A stretch of 64,000 nucleotides of DNA from an uncultured Eubacteriales bacterium (GCA_902491535.1 CABUHS010000010.1:6541-70540); one strand, 5' to 3'; positions 41,180-51,682 are shown, numbered from the stretch's first letter. Program-made: numbers and translations. The notes: a model not told the origin generated them from the sequence alone.

Positions 41180-42112
41180 TTATGGTTTATTGCTTTTACT
41201 TAAAATTTCATCTATATTTTGCGTGTAAAATTCTGAGAACGTTACGCCGCTGTTTTCAAACACCTTTAACATATCGACAAAATCATCTATAAAAATAAAA
41301 CTTTCACGTTGACGTTCATATTCAGCAGAGATATCAAATTTGGAAAACAGCATATGGTTTGCCTCCATAAATCGTATCTGAAACGCCCTGACAAAATATT
41401 CGTTTATCACTGCATAATCCACGTTATAACTTTTGGGCATATTCTTGTGAACTTCAAAAAAGCGTGTGTGATTTTTTAGCAGTTCCTTGTTTGCCTCAAC
41501 AATCGGATTTACAAAGCAGTGCGCATATTCGTGCGCGATTCCCTTGGCAAAAAAATCAAACATCCAGTAAGGCTTGCCGTTTTCATCATAATATGGCATA
41601 TAGCGAACTGTATAAGCAATTTTCTTTTCTCCCAACGCAATATTAAATCCATAGTTTCCTGCAATGGGGCATATTATTAAATGAAATTCATTAGCATTAC
41701 TTTTGAAATAGTTTTCAATATATGATATCCAAGTATCTAAATCACAGGAATTTATGTATTCGAGTATGCTTGCGTAATATGTGTTTTGTGTATGGAAGAA
41801 ATCGTCAAAGCAGCTTTCCTCTGCGAATTGCGTCGTTTTTACCGCCCATAAATGCAGTTCGTGCGAATCATCTTTAAGTATATTTTCCAAATTTAGAATT
41901 GCTTTCAGTGGACGGATATGAAAAAAATAATTTTCCGTTATTAATTCCTTCGTGATTTGCACTGCGGCATGATCTTTATATGTCTCAAACCAATCGGATA
42001 TATTTTTTAAATATGTCTTATTATTAAGGCATTGCACGGTCTTTTCCTGTTCACCTGCAAGATATAACAAAATTTGTACAAGCTCTATTTGCTTATTTAT
42101 TTCAGCTTTCAT
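41180..42112 (-). CDS. Hypothetical protein with an HExxH motif (possible zinc metallopeptidase-like, DUF4932-like)
   Basis: 310 aa with a single HEYAH motif (GIAHEYAHCF). No signal peptide or TM segment was seen. The family name is from memory and needs an HMM check. Confidence 0.4.
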   Translation of the reverse strand: MKAEINKQIELVQILLYLAGEQEKTVQCLNNKTYLKNISDWFETYKDHAAVQITKELITENYFFHIRPLKAILNLENILKDDSHELHLWAVKTTQFAEESCFDDFFHTQNTYYASILEYINSCDLDTWISYIENYFKSNANEFHLIICPIAGNYGFNIALGEKKIAYTVRYMPYYDENGKPYWMFDFFAKGIAHEYAHCFVNPIVEANKELLKNHTRFFEVHKNMPKSYNVDYAVINEYFVRAFQIRFMEANHMLFSKFDISAEYERQRESFIFIDDFVDMLKVFENSGVTFSEFYTQNIDEILSKSNKP

Positions 42113-42464
42113 GTTATCACCGTAAATTAGTTTTATGGCACAGAAATTTGCCGGATTTCAATCTGTGTTTTAAACATTATAATATACAAATATGAAAAAA
42201 ATTATCATACCATAATATATCATTCCACAAAGACTGTAAATTGCTATTTTATTAAAAGTATCCTCTTGATCGTATCCATAGTATTATTTCACATTGAGTA
42301 GAGCAAATACATTTAATTAAATGTGTGATAATATTTTAAGTGGTAAATTGTAATGGTTCTAAGTCCTCCGTCGAAAACGTAAAAACATCTTTTCTATTGT
42401 TCTTAGACATGATACAAAATTATATCATAATTTCTCCTGCAATTCAACGCTTTGCGGAGTAAAG

Positions 42465-44042
42465 TTAACTCTTTTCTTCTCTATTTTCTCCGGAAATGAC
42501 AATTTGAGAGAAAAGAGAAAATACAAAAAAAGAGACGACAACTTTCTGTCGAAAATTGCCGTTTACTGGTGCGCTTGAGCATTCTATAATCGAACCGTTT
42601 ACTTCATCCAGTGTAACGGTAGTATTTGCTTCGTTGTAGTTAAAGGTCAAAACTAGCTTATCGTCATATACATACACTGCATTCACAAAGCTGTCAATAA
42701 GTCTTTCCTTGTGTTCTTTCTTTGTTACTTCCATACTGCGAAATCTCTGCAGCCAGAAAATCAATCCCTCTTTGGTAAGAGGAGGGCGTTTCAGTTCTTC
42801 TTTAATAATCTTTAATTCCAATTCTTCCTTAGTGCTCTCAAGCTCGATCATACGCTGCTTTGTAGTAGCCGTGATGATCCCCCGTTCGATAGCATTCATC
42901 AGATTTGCTATCGCTCTTTCAGTTTCGCTCAACTGCTGTTTCAGAAGGATAACAGATGTGTTTTCGGTGCTGGCTACACGGAGTACGATGTTTGCAATAT
43001 CTTCAATTACATCGTCCTGCATCAGTACCTCTTTGGTATAGCGAACAACAATATCTTCAATCCATTCTTTCTTTACGGTCTTCTTATCACAGGTATGCTT
43101 GTACTTCACGTTATTGCATTTATAGTACCGATGCACCGTGCCGTTCCTGCCCGTACCGCTTTCACCTGTCATAAAAACACCACATTTACCACAGAACAAT
43201 TTGGTTGTCAGCAGATATTCGTCCTCGGCCTTGTGCCTTGCGGCGGCTTTTTTGTTTTTCTGTAATTGTTCCTGCACCTTGTTGAATAAATCCGTTGGAA
43301 CGATCTGTGGTATACCGTTTTCGTGAACAATGTCTCTAAACCTATATTCACCGATGTAACGCCTATTTTTCAGCATATCCGTTACAATATTGATGGATAT
43401 TTTTGTACCAAGTGATGTTGTTAATCCTTTGGCATTTAACAGGGTTACGATCTCCTTAATGGTCTTGCCTTTGGCGTACCACTTGAATGCTTCTAATACC
43501 CACGGAGCTTTCAGTGGGTCAATCTCAAATAACTGTTCTTTGTTAATAACATATCCGATAGGAACCGTACCACCGTTGAATTTGCACTTTAAGGCATTTT
43601 CCGTAAGACCTCTTGTGACCTTTTCAGCAAGCTCTGCGGAGTAGTATTCCGCCATTCCTTCAAGCACGGATTCAAGCAGTATGCCCTCTGAACCATCGGA
43701 TATGTGCTCCGTTGCCGAGACCACTCTGACATTGTTCTTTTTAAGCACATTCTTATAACGAGCTGAGTCGTAACGATTTCTTGCGAAACGGTCTAACTTC
43801 CATACGATGATTACATCAAACTTCTGTTTTGAACTGTCTTTAATCATCTTTTGGAATTGCGGTCGGTTATCCGTCTTGGCCGACAAGGCTCTGTCAATGT
43901 ACATATCCAGAATGGTAATGCCTTGCCGTTGGGCAAATGCTGTGCATTCACGCACCTGACCGTCGATGCTTTCCTCGCGTTGGCTGTCCGAGGAATATCT
44001 TGCATAAATCACTGCTGTCATTCGCGGTTCACCTCCTGCCAA
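42465..44042 (-). CDS. Large serine recombinase (resolvase/invertase N-domain, recombinase domain and zinc ribbon)
   Basis: 525 aa. The catalytic N-terminus is AVIYARYSSDSQ. It also has DRFARN, a Cys-rich ribbon (CGKCG...YYKCNN) and a C-terminal coiled coil. Confidence 0.9.
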   Translation of the reverse strand: MAGGEPRMTAVIYARYSSDSQREESIDGQVRECTAFAQRQGITILDMYIDRALSAKTDNRPQFQKMIKDSSKQKFDVIIVWKLDRFARNRYDSARYKNVLKKNNVRVVSATEHISDGSEGILLESVLEGMAEYYSAELAEKVTRGLTENALKCKFNGGTVPIGYVINKEQLFEIDPLKAPWVLEAFKWYAKGKTIKEIVTLLNAKGLTTSLGTKISINIVTDMLKNRRYIGEYRFRDIVHENGIPQIVPTDLFNKVQEQLQKNKKAAARHKAEDEYLLTTKLFCGKCGVFMTGESGTGRNGTVHRYYKCNNVKYKHTCDKKTVKKEWIEDIVVRYTKEVLMQDDVIEDIANIVLRVASTENTSVILLKQQLSETERAIANLMNAIERGIITATTKQRMIELESTKEELELKIIKEELKRPPLTKEGLIFWLQRFRSMEVTKKEHKERLIDSFVNAVYVYDDKLVLTFNYNEANTTVTLDEVNGSIIECSSAPVNGNFRQKVVVSFFVFSLFSQIVISGENREEKS

Positions 44043-44255
44043 TATTCCGTTTTCTTTTGTACCATAGTTTTATCACGCCCTTTCAATTTGATTGAATGCA
44101 ATATTATAAAATTTCCACCTTATCCCAATAAACTCCACCTTTCTGTTTTCAAGAATGCGGAGTTAATATAAAAAGCAAGGTTTTATTTGGCAAGAAAAAA
44201 TGCAAATCAATCTAATGTTCTGCTTATCTAAAAGATATTTTGCTTGTTAGAGATA

Positions 44256-47200
44256 TTATCCAATGCCGAAAAATCTTTCAAAAAATGCTTGCAATTTTTG
44301 GATCACGCTCTGCTTCTTTTCAGCACGGTTTCCACCGCCAAAGCGGGACATCGGCGGCATAAGCTTATCAATTGCCGTACCGCTTGTCTTTACCGAACCT
44401 TCACGGAATGCCACATCAATAAATTTTCGTGTTTCCTCTTCTTTTAGATTTTCTTCTTTAATAATAGTAACAAGCTGCCTTTCTTTTTCCTCGGCTACAT
44501 AGCTGCGCCACTCAATCATTACATCGGAAACCTCGTTAATACCGGCAATGAAGTTCTCGATAAGCGCCTTTTTGCTGCGCAGTTCAGGACTGGCATCGAC
44601 AGCCTTGCGGATTGTGATAAGCACTTCCTTATCATCGCAATGGGAATCGTGATACTTCTTGACAAGCATCAGGATATAGTCAATATTGATTTCAATTTGC
44701 TTTATCAGCTCGATTTCAAAAACAATATCGTCTGTGATGTCCTCTTTTTCTCCTCCGGGCTTGCGATTCTTCCATTCATCACGGAGATCCTGATATCTGC
44801 CGAGATAATCCTGCAAGTCACGCTCGGAAAGAATTTCGTTCCCTGCAAACTCATCGAATGATGTCAGCAGATTACGCATACGAAGGATAGCACCGAACAG
44901 AACGATAAATTCCTTCTGTTTTTGTTCTCCAATAATGCGCTCATCTGAAAGAGGAAACTTTGTTGTCAGTTCTTCTATCATATCTGCATAGCCGGGATGA
45001 TATTTTTCGTCACTATCCTCGTAACCGAAATAATAGTCCCTGTATCCGCGCATCAGCACAATGCCGCCCGCTTTTTTGTCACCGAAAAGCGAGATAGCGT
45101 CATCAGTACGCTTTTGCAGATTGCGAAAACAAACAATATTACCGAATGTTTTAATAGAATTGAGAATGCGGTTGGTACGGGAATACGCCTGAATCAATCC
45201 GTGCATTTTCAGGTTTTTATCTACCCACAGTGTGTTAAGCGTAGTTGCGTCAAAGCCTGTCAGGAACATATTGACCACAATGAGCAAATCAAGCTCCTTG
45301 TTCTTCATTCGCAGTGACACATCTTTATAGTAGTTTTGGAATTTGTCGCCGTCTGTGGAATAGTTGGTATGGAACATCTCGTTGTAATCGGCAATAGCTG
45401 TGTCAAGAAAATCACGGGAGGTTGCGTCAAGTGAGGAAGTATCTTCGGGATTTTCCTCGTCAAGAAGTCCGTCTGTTTCCGCTTCGTTTGCTCCGTAACT
45501 GTAAATAAGGGCTACCTTTAACCGCCGTTGCGGATTTTCAGCCATCTGACGCTTAAATTCCGCATAATACAGCTTAGCGGCGTCCACAGACGAAACCGCA
45601 AAAATGGAGTTGAAACCGCTGACACGCTGTTTTTGCTTGATTTCCTCAATAGTTGCTTTTCCGCTTGCAGACGCAACATCAGCTATATTTTGCAAAACAT
45701 TGAATGTATATGTTTTATCCCTACGGTAAGTTTTTTGATCAAAATGAGTTAGTATGTAATCCGTCACCAAGCGAATGCGTTCGGGAGATTGAAACGCCTT
45801 TTCACGGTTAATATCCCAAACCTCTTTATCATCAATATCAGGCTCTTTATCCATCGTTTTGATATAGTCCACACGGAACGGCAGCACGTTTTTATCATTG
45901 ATAGCATCTACGATAGTATAAGTGTGTAATTGATCGCCGAAAGCCTGCTCTGTTGTGCGAAGTGTGGGATTTTTGCTTACCCCTGCATTAACTGCAAAGA
46001 TAGGTGTTCCCGTAAATCCGAATAAGTGATATTTTTTGAAATATTTCGTAATTGCTAAGTGCATATCACCGAATTGACTGCGGTGACATTCGTCAAAGAT
46101 AATGACCACACGCTTATCAAAAACGCTGTGACCTGCGTTCTTTTTGATAAAGGTAGCAAGCTTTTGAATGGTAGTAATAATAATTTTTGCGTTATCGTCT
46201 TCAAGCTGTTTTTTCAGTATCGCAGTAGAGGAATTGCTGTTCGCCGCGCCTTTTTCAAAGCGGTCATATTCCTTCATCGTCTGATAGTCAAGGTCTTTTC
46301 GGTCTACCACAAACAGAACCTTGTCGATATAGTCCAGCTTAGACGCAAGCCGCGCCGTCTTAAACGAAGTCAGCGTTTTACCGCTGCCTGTTGTATGCCA
46401 AATATAACCGCCGCCTGCAACACTGCCGTACTTCTTATAATTGTTTGCAATCTCAATACGGTTCAAGATACGCTCTGTGGCAACAATTTGATAAGGACGC
46501 ATAACAAGCAGCATATTTTCTGCCGTAAAGACGCAGTAACGGGTTAATATGTTAAGCACGGTATGCTTGCAGAAAAAGGTCTTTGTAAAGTCCACAAGGT
46601 CAGGAATAATGCGGTTGTTCGCATCCGCCCAAAAAGAGGTAAATTCAAAGCTGTTGCTGGTTTTCTCTTTTTTCGCCTTATGAGAATAGGCGTCTTTTAT
46701 ATGATTGAAACGGGTGGTATTGGAATAATATTTTGTGTTCGTGCCGTTAGATACCACAAATATCTGCACAAATTCGTACAAACCGCTTGCCGCAGGGAAG
46801 CTGTCACGCTGATAACGGTCTATCTGATTGAACGCCTCGCGTATCGGCACACCACGACGCTTTAACTCAATATGTATAAGCGGCAGCCCATTTACAAGAA
46901 TTGTCACATCGTAACGGTTATCGTGCGCAGCGCCCTCATCGGCGGAAACGGCATATTGATTGATGACTTGCAGCGTATTGTTATGAATATTCTTTTTATC
47001 AATCAGCGTGATATTTTTACTTTCTCCGTTATCACGCCTCAGTACCTGCACATGGTCTTCCTGAATAAGGCGTGTTTTTTCCGCTATGCCGTCTTTGGAA
47101 TTGGCAAGCACCTCATGAAAAAAGCGATTCCACTCATCATCGGAAAAACGATAATTATTTAGCTTTTCAAGCTGTACACGCAAATTATCAATCAAATCCT

Positions 47201-47369
47201 TTTCTTTATGAAGGGTCAGATATTCATAGCCTAAATCTTTCAGCAGGCGGATAAATTCTTTTTCAAGCTCCGCTTCGCTTTGATAAGCATCCGAACGTTT
47301 TTCCTGCGGCTTGTATTCGGTTACAACAGTGCTTTCGCTGCTTTGGGCAACAATATTGAAATACGGCAT
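44256..47369 (-). CDS. hsdR: Type I restriction enzyme, R subunit
   Basis: 1037 aa with an SF2 helicase core (HTTGSGKT, DECHRSQ) and a type I HsdR N-terminal nuclease region. It is last in the hsd operon. Confidence 0.92.
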   Translation of the reverse strand: MPYFNIVAQSSESTVVTEYKPQEKRSDAYQSEAELEKEFIRLLKDLGYEYLTLHKEKDLIDNLRVQLEKLNNYRFSDDEWNRFFHEVLANSKDGIAEKTRLIQEDHVQVLRRDNGESKNITLIDKKNIHNNTLQVINQYAVSADEGAAHDNRYDVTILVNGLPLIHIELKRRGVPIREAFNQIDRYQRDSFPAASGLYEFVQIFVVSNGTNTKYYSNTTRFNHIKDAYSHKAKKEKTSNSFEFTSFWADANNRIIPDLVDFTKTFFCKHTVLNILTRYCVFTAENMLLVMRPYQIVATERILNRIEIANNYKKYGSVAGGGYIWHTTGSGKTLTSFKTARLASKLDYIDKVLFVVDRKDLDYQTMKEYDRFEKGAANSNSSTAILKKQLEDDNAKIIITTIQKLATFIKKNAGHSVFDKRVVIIFDECHRSQFGDMHLAITKYFKKYHLFGFTGTPIFAVNAGVSKNPTLRTTEQAFGDQLHTYTIVDAINDKNVLPFRVDYIKTMDKEPDIDDKEVWDINREKAFQSPERIRLVTDYILTHFDQKTYRRDKTYTFNVLQNIADVASASGKATIEEIKQKQRVSGFNSIFAVSSVDAAKLYYAEFKRQMAENPQRRLKVALIYSYGANEAETDGLLDEENPEDTSSLDATSRDFLDTAIADYNEMFHTNYSTDGDKFQNYYKDVSLRMKNKELDLLIVVNMFLTGFDATTLNTLWVDKNLKMHGLIQAYSRTNRILNSIKTFGNIVCFRNLQKRTDDAISLFGDKKAGGIVLMRGYRDYYFGYEDSDEKYHPGYADMIEELTTKFPLSDERIIGEQKQKEFIVLFGAILRMRNLLTSFDEFAGNEILSERDLQDYLGRYQDLRDEWKNRKPGGEKEDITDDIVFEIELIKQIEINIDYILMLVKKYHDSHCDDKEVLITIRKAVDASPELRSKKALIENFIAGINEVSDVMIEWRSYVAEEKERQLVTIIKEENLKEEETRKFIDVAFREGSVKTSGTAIDKLMPPMSRFGGGNRAEKKQSVIQKLQAFFERFFGIG

Positions 47370-47372
47370 TGA

Positions 47373-48005
47373 TTAAGCCCCCTTTACAATAGCGATAACG
47401 GCAATAATAATTGAAACAAGAGAAGCAATAGAAGCAAACAGACCGAAAAGATAATTGCGATTATAAAACCTGTCGACCTCTATACTTGCCATTCGGAACA
47501 AACGAGACAAAATAAAAGCAATGAAACCATATAAAATTAAAAATATGTTTTGATACCACGGCAATTGAATCATGTTTATCATTATAAATTGTGTAGGTAC
47601 AACTGCAATAAATAATATAGAAAGAATCAATAAACACCATTTCATTAGCCGAAAGAATAATGAAATGAATGATTTTAACAGTGCTAAAGAAGCTCTATCT
47701 CCCTTTATATCTTTTTTGGGCAAGAACAATATTTTTATGAATACCTTTATCTCATTAAAAAACTTTTTGATTTTGCTCGTATGCTCCTTGTATCCTATTT
47801 TATCACGCCATTCTGCAAGAGTAGCTTTGCGTTGCTCTTCCTCTTTTTGCACTTTTATTTCTTCAGCCTCTACAATAGCGCAAGCAATGATGTGCTGTAT
47901 TTCTTCCGCACTCATATTTTCCGGCAGATTCATATTGACCGATTGCAAAGGTTTTGAAGCAGTATTTTGTTTTGCTTTTTTCTTGTTTTTGCCTTTTCCC
48001 ATCAA
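47373..48005 (-). CDS. Unknown membrane protein embedded between hsdS and hsdR
   Basis: 210 aa with a Lys/Glu-rich N-terminal 75 aa, then 3-4 hydrophobic helices. A 4-nt ATGA overlap joins it to hsdS, and a 3-nt gap separates it from hsdR. Confidence 0.6.
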   Translation of the reverse strand: MMGKGKNKKKAKQNTASKPLQSVNMNLPENMSAEEIQHIIACAIVEAEEIKVQKEEEQRKATLAEWRDKIGYKEHTSKIKKFFNEIKVFIKILFLPKKDIKGDRASLALLKSFISLFFRLMKWCLLILSILFIAVVPTQFIMINMIQLPWYQNIFLILYGFIAFILSRLFRMASIEVDRFYNRNYLFGLFASIASLVSIIIAVIAIVKGA

Positions 48006-49180
48006 CTTGTTTTCTCCTTAAAAGTCAATAGCTTGTTTCTGTAATATTCATATTGTTTTTGCCTTGCTTCGATTTCGGCGGGTATACCAATTTTGAGATC
48101 AGTGCAAATCGCCTCAAAATTATCAAGGACATTAACAAGGCGTTCCTGTACATCTAATGGCGGAATTGATATAAATATCCTACCTATGTCATCTTTGTTG
48201 ATTTTTGTTGGAGTTGCATTCCAAAGTATGCGCTTTGCCAGTTCTGATCTGCCGATACCGCTTTCTAAGTAATGCTTTAAATATTTACTGCTTAAAATAC
48301 TATGGTTAGGGCGTAACAAAGCAAGCGAAACATAATACGCCAAATCATTGTCATTTTCCACAATTGCACATTTACCAATAACACCTGCCGTAATCCTTGT
48401 CATAAATAAATCACCAGTATGTGGTTTTATTTTGAACTTTGCAAACGCCTCTGTGGAAATGAATTTTTTTGTAGCATAAAGATTGTCTATATCTTCAACA
48501 CTTACAAAAGGTACGCCGTTTTCAGTATATTCTGGAGTCTGATGCGTTCCGTCATACACCTCGCATACCGCTCCAAGTGTTACCTTTTCTACAGGCATAT
48601 TTTGTTCAAGCAATGTATCTCTATAATACTCATACTGTTTTTTTCTTGCCGTAAGCTCTGCCGTAAGCTCTGCCGTAAGCTCTGTGAAATTGTCCAATAT
48701 ACGGACAATTTCACGCTGTACAGGCAGCGGTGGAACAGGAATTATAAAATCCTCTGTAATTGATAAAGATATTTGTGGTAACGATCCCATTCCAGAAGCC
48801 GCAGTTCGGAAGTATTCCATATTATTCTTTAATACATAATAAAGATATTTAACCGAGGTTATTTCATCGGAAGTATACGCCCACATCTCATTTTTAAAAG
48901 TAAAGGATTTATCATAAAACACAGCATCAATCACACCACGAGACTGAACTAAAACTGCAGGAACTCTTGTTATATTTGCATTTGAGATATCTTTTTCGAC
49001 AGCATTAATAACTGTCTTTCCTCCTGCAAACACCCGAATTTCTCCATTAGGATTCTCTATTTGCTTCATTTTGGCGGCTGTTATGGGTGTACCCTTGAGC
49101 CTTTTATACACTTCTTTGATTTTTTTATATTCCACGCCGTTCGGACAAAATTCCTGCAACAATTTTTCAAGGTTGCTCAT
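48002..49180 (-). CDS. hsdS: Type I restriction enzyme, S (specificity) subunit, IC-like with a TAEL repeat spacer
   Basis: It has two target-recognition halves separated by the conserved FTELTAELTAELTARKKQYEYY, and the C-terminus repeats ...ARQKQYEYYRNKLL. The start at 49180 (MSNLEKLL) follows a GGAG RBS; the longest ORF would start at 49246. Confidence 0.9.
   Translation of the reverse strand: MSNLEKLLQEFCPNGVEYKKIKEVYKRLKGTPITAAKMKQIENPNGEIRVFAGGKTVINAVEKDISNANITRVPAVLVQSRGVIDAVFYDKSFTFKNEMWAYTSDEITSVKYLYYVLKNNMEYFRTAASGMGSLPQISLSITEDFIIPVPPLPVQREIVRILDNFTELTAELTAELTARKKQYEYYRDTLLEQNMPVEKVTLGAVCEVYDGTHQTPEYTENGVPFVSVEDIDNLYATKKFISTEAFAKFKIKPHTGDLFMTRITAGVIGKCAIVENDNDLAYYVSLALLRPNHSILSSKYLKHYLESGIGRSELAKRILWNATPTKINKDDIGRIFISIPPLDVQERLVNVLDNFEAICTDLKIGIPAEIEARQKQYEYYRNKLLTFKEKTS
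48648..48683 (-). repeat. Three tandem 12-nt repeats inside hsdS encoding (TAEL)n
   Basis: gccgtaagctct occurs three times on the plus strand (48648, 48660, 48672). Confidence 0.9.
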
Positions 49181-50081
49181 GACCTTCTCCTTTTTCAGTA
49201 ACTTCCGGAATAGTGATGTTATATAACGATTCCATATTACTAACACACATCGGATATATAATATAGTCCCACGGCAACAATTTTATCAGATATGGTATGT
49301 TTTCTGTCCGAATGACCTCATACCTCTCTTGATTAATAAAAATCACATACTTTATTTCGTCTCTGAATTGATAAACATATTCCAAAAAATTTTTATCCCT
49401 ACTGAGCCGATACTCTTTAAATTCTTCTTGTTCCCGCATATCACCGTGTGACATACCGTCTATCCAGTCGTGATAAACATTTTCGCACATTGCAAGAGCA
49501 AATTCTGAATATTCGATCATAAATATACCGATTTCTTTTGAACCGGTATATTGTTTGCAACTCTCCAAATGATGTTTCCAGTTGCTTTTTAATGACTTAA
49601 CTAAAAACTCATAAGTATGTACTGGATTTGTATGTGCCCACGATTTTGAACGCACCTCATCAAAGCTCGGAGTTTCATTCCACTCTTGCATAATCTTTTC
49701 TGTTTCTGACTCTACTTTTGATATAAATATACTTTCTTCCTTTTTGTGAACAGAGCCTTTTCTGTTGGTTTGAGACGAGGTTATCTGAAAATGTTCTATA
49801 AATCCATTGTCAAAAACAAAATCAGGAAACTTGCTTAAATTAGAATTAGCTTTAGCTATTCGCAAAATATTTTCAAATTCTTTCCGATCGCGCTCCAAAA
49901 GACCGAAATATGATTTACGGCAATCTGAATTAACAAAATAAGTTCTTTCATTTTTGAACTCGTCATCTGACACATCTAAATAAGTTTTATGTGTAAATGG
50001 ATTCTTCATAGGTTGACCGTTTTTGCAGAATATTGCTTCTTTAAGAATATTCAGACACTTTAATTCTTGATCACCACGCAT
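49167..50081 (-). CDS. Unknown protein embedded between hsdM and hsdS
   Basis: 304 aa with no motif I can assign, no TM segment and no P-loop. A 3-nt gap follows hsdM, and it overlaps the hsdS start by 14 nt. Confidence 0.6.
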   Translation of the reverse strand: MRGDQELKCLNILKEAIFCKNGQPMKNPFTHKTYLDVSDDEFKNERTYFVNSDCRKSYFGLLERDRKEFENILRIAKANSNLSKFPDFVFDNGFIEHFQITSSQTNRKGSVHKKEESIFISKVESETEKIMQEWNETPSFDEVRSKSWAHTNPVHTYEFLVKSLKSNWKHHLESCKQYTGSKEIGIFMIEYSEFALAMCENVYHDWIDGMSHGDMREQEEFKEYRLSRDKNFLEYVYQFRDEIKYVIFINQERYEVIRTENIPYLIKLLPWDYIIYPMCVSNMESLYNITIPEVTEKGEGHEQP

Positions 50082-50084
50082 AAT

Positions 50085-51677
50085 TTACCCCTCAATCTCC
50101 TTAATAATCCTATCAATCTCGTCCCGTAACACTTGTTCCCGTGCTACGATTTCAGCAATTTCCGCATTCAGTTTCACAATATCGATTTTCTCACGGGTAT
50201 CCTCTGCCTCTACATAGGTGGAAACCGAAAGGTTATAGGCGTTCTGCTCGTTGCCTACCTCATCGTTTGGCACAAGACGGCTGAAATACTGCTCGTCCTT
50301 TCTTTCCGCGGCGGCAGTAACGATACGCTGAATGTTCGCTTCGGAAAGTCGGTTATTTTTCGTCACCTTTACAAATTCCCGTGAAGCGTCTATAAACAGA
50401 ATGGAATTATCCGTTTTGTTCTTTTTCAAAAGCATAATATCAACAGATATGGTGACATTGAGGAAAAGATTTGACGGCAGTTGAATGATAGCGTCCACAT
50501 AGTTGTTATCCACAAGGTATTTGCGGATTTTCTGCTCTGCGCCGCCGCGGTACATGATGCCTGGGAAACAGACGATCGCCGCCGCTCCGTTGTTAGCAAG
50601 CCATGAAAGGCTATGCATAATAAACGCCATATCGCCTTTGGACGCAGGCGCAAGCACCCCGGCGGGAGAAAATCGAATATCGTTTATTAACAGCGAATTT
50701 TTATCCCCCTCCCACGGAACAGAGAACGGCGGATTGGAAACGATCAGCTCAAAAGGCTGGTCGTCCCAGTGCTGTGGGCTGAGCAGCGTATCTTCACGCA
50801 CAATGCTGAATTTATCGAAATCAATGTTATGTAAAAACATATTGATACGGCAAAGGTTATAGGTAGTCAGGTCGATCTCCTGCCCGAAAAATCCCTGTTC
50901 AATATTTTCTTTACCCAAAACCTTTTCAACCTTCAACAGAAGCGAACCCGAACCGCAGGCAGGGTCATATACCTTGTTGATTCTTGTCTTTCCGATTGTG
51001 CCGAGTCGGGCAAGCAGTTCGGAGACATCCGCAGGAGTAAAATACTGGCCGCCCTTTTTGCCTGCGTTGGCGGCATACATACCCATCAGATATTCGTATG
51101 CGTCGCCGAACAGATCGGGGTTGATACCGTCCGCCTGAAACAACGGCATTTTTTCTACGCCGTTCAAAAGCTCTGCAAGCACCTTGTTTCTCTTGGCTAC
51201 TGTTTCTCCGATGGATTTGCTGTTTACATCGAAATCGTCAAACAGTCCGGCAAAATCATTTTCCGCTTCACCGCTGGCGGCGCTGCTCTCAATATGGTTA
51301 AAAACGCGTTCTAAGGTTTCGTTTAGGTTTTCGTCCTTATCCGCACGGGCACGTACATTGCAGAAAAGCTCGCTCGGCAAGATGAAAAATCCCTTTTCCT
51401 GCACCAGTCCCTCGCGGGCAGATTCTGCCTCCTCATCGGACATCTTTGCATAATCAAAATCGGGGTTGGGTTCTCCTCTTGCAATAGCAGCGGCTCGCTC
51501 ACCTTTGTTGATATAGGCGGCAAAATTTTCGGAAATATAGCGGTAAAACATTGTACCTAAAACATAGGACTTGAAATCCCACTCGGACACATGCCCCGCG
51601 TGAACAAGGTCGGTAGCAATTTTATATATCGTGCGGAACAGCTCGTCCCGCTCCTGATCTTTCTTTATGTCAGCCAT
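50085..51677 (-). CDS. hsdM: Type I restriction enzyme, M subunit (N6-adenine DNA methyltransferase)
   Basis: 530 aa with SAM motif VYDPACGSGSLL and catalytic motif IVSNPPFS, plus an HsdM N-terminal domain. Confidence 0.93.
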   Translation of the reverse strand: MADIKKDQERDELFRTIYKIATDLVHAGHVSEWDFKSYVLGTMFYRYISENFAAYINKGERAAAIARGEPNPDFDYAKMSDEEAESAREGLVQEKGFFILPSELFCNVRARADKDENLNETLERVFNHIESSAASGEAENDFAGLFDDFDVNSKSIGETVAKRNKVLAELLNGVEKMPLFQADGINPDLFGDAYEYLMGMYAANAGKKGGQYFTPADVSELLARLGTIGKTRINKVYDPACGSGSLLLKVEKVLGKENIEQGFFGQEIDLTTYNLCRINMFLHNIDFDKFSIVREDTLLSPQHWDDQPFELIVSNPPFSVPWEGDKNSLLINDIRFSPAGVLAPASKGDMAFIMHSLSWLANNGAAAIVCFPGIMYRGGAEQKIRKYLVDNNYVDAIIQLPSNLFLNVTISVDIMLLKKNKTDNSILFIDASREFVKVTKNNRLSEANIQRIVTAAAERKDEQYFSRLVPNDEVGNEQNAYNLSVSTYVEAEDTREKIDIVKLNAEIAEIVAREQVLRDEIDRIIKEIEG

Positions 51678-51682
51678 TGATA

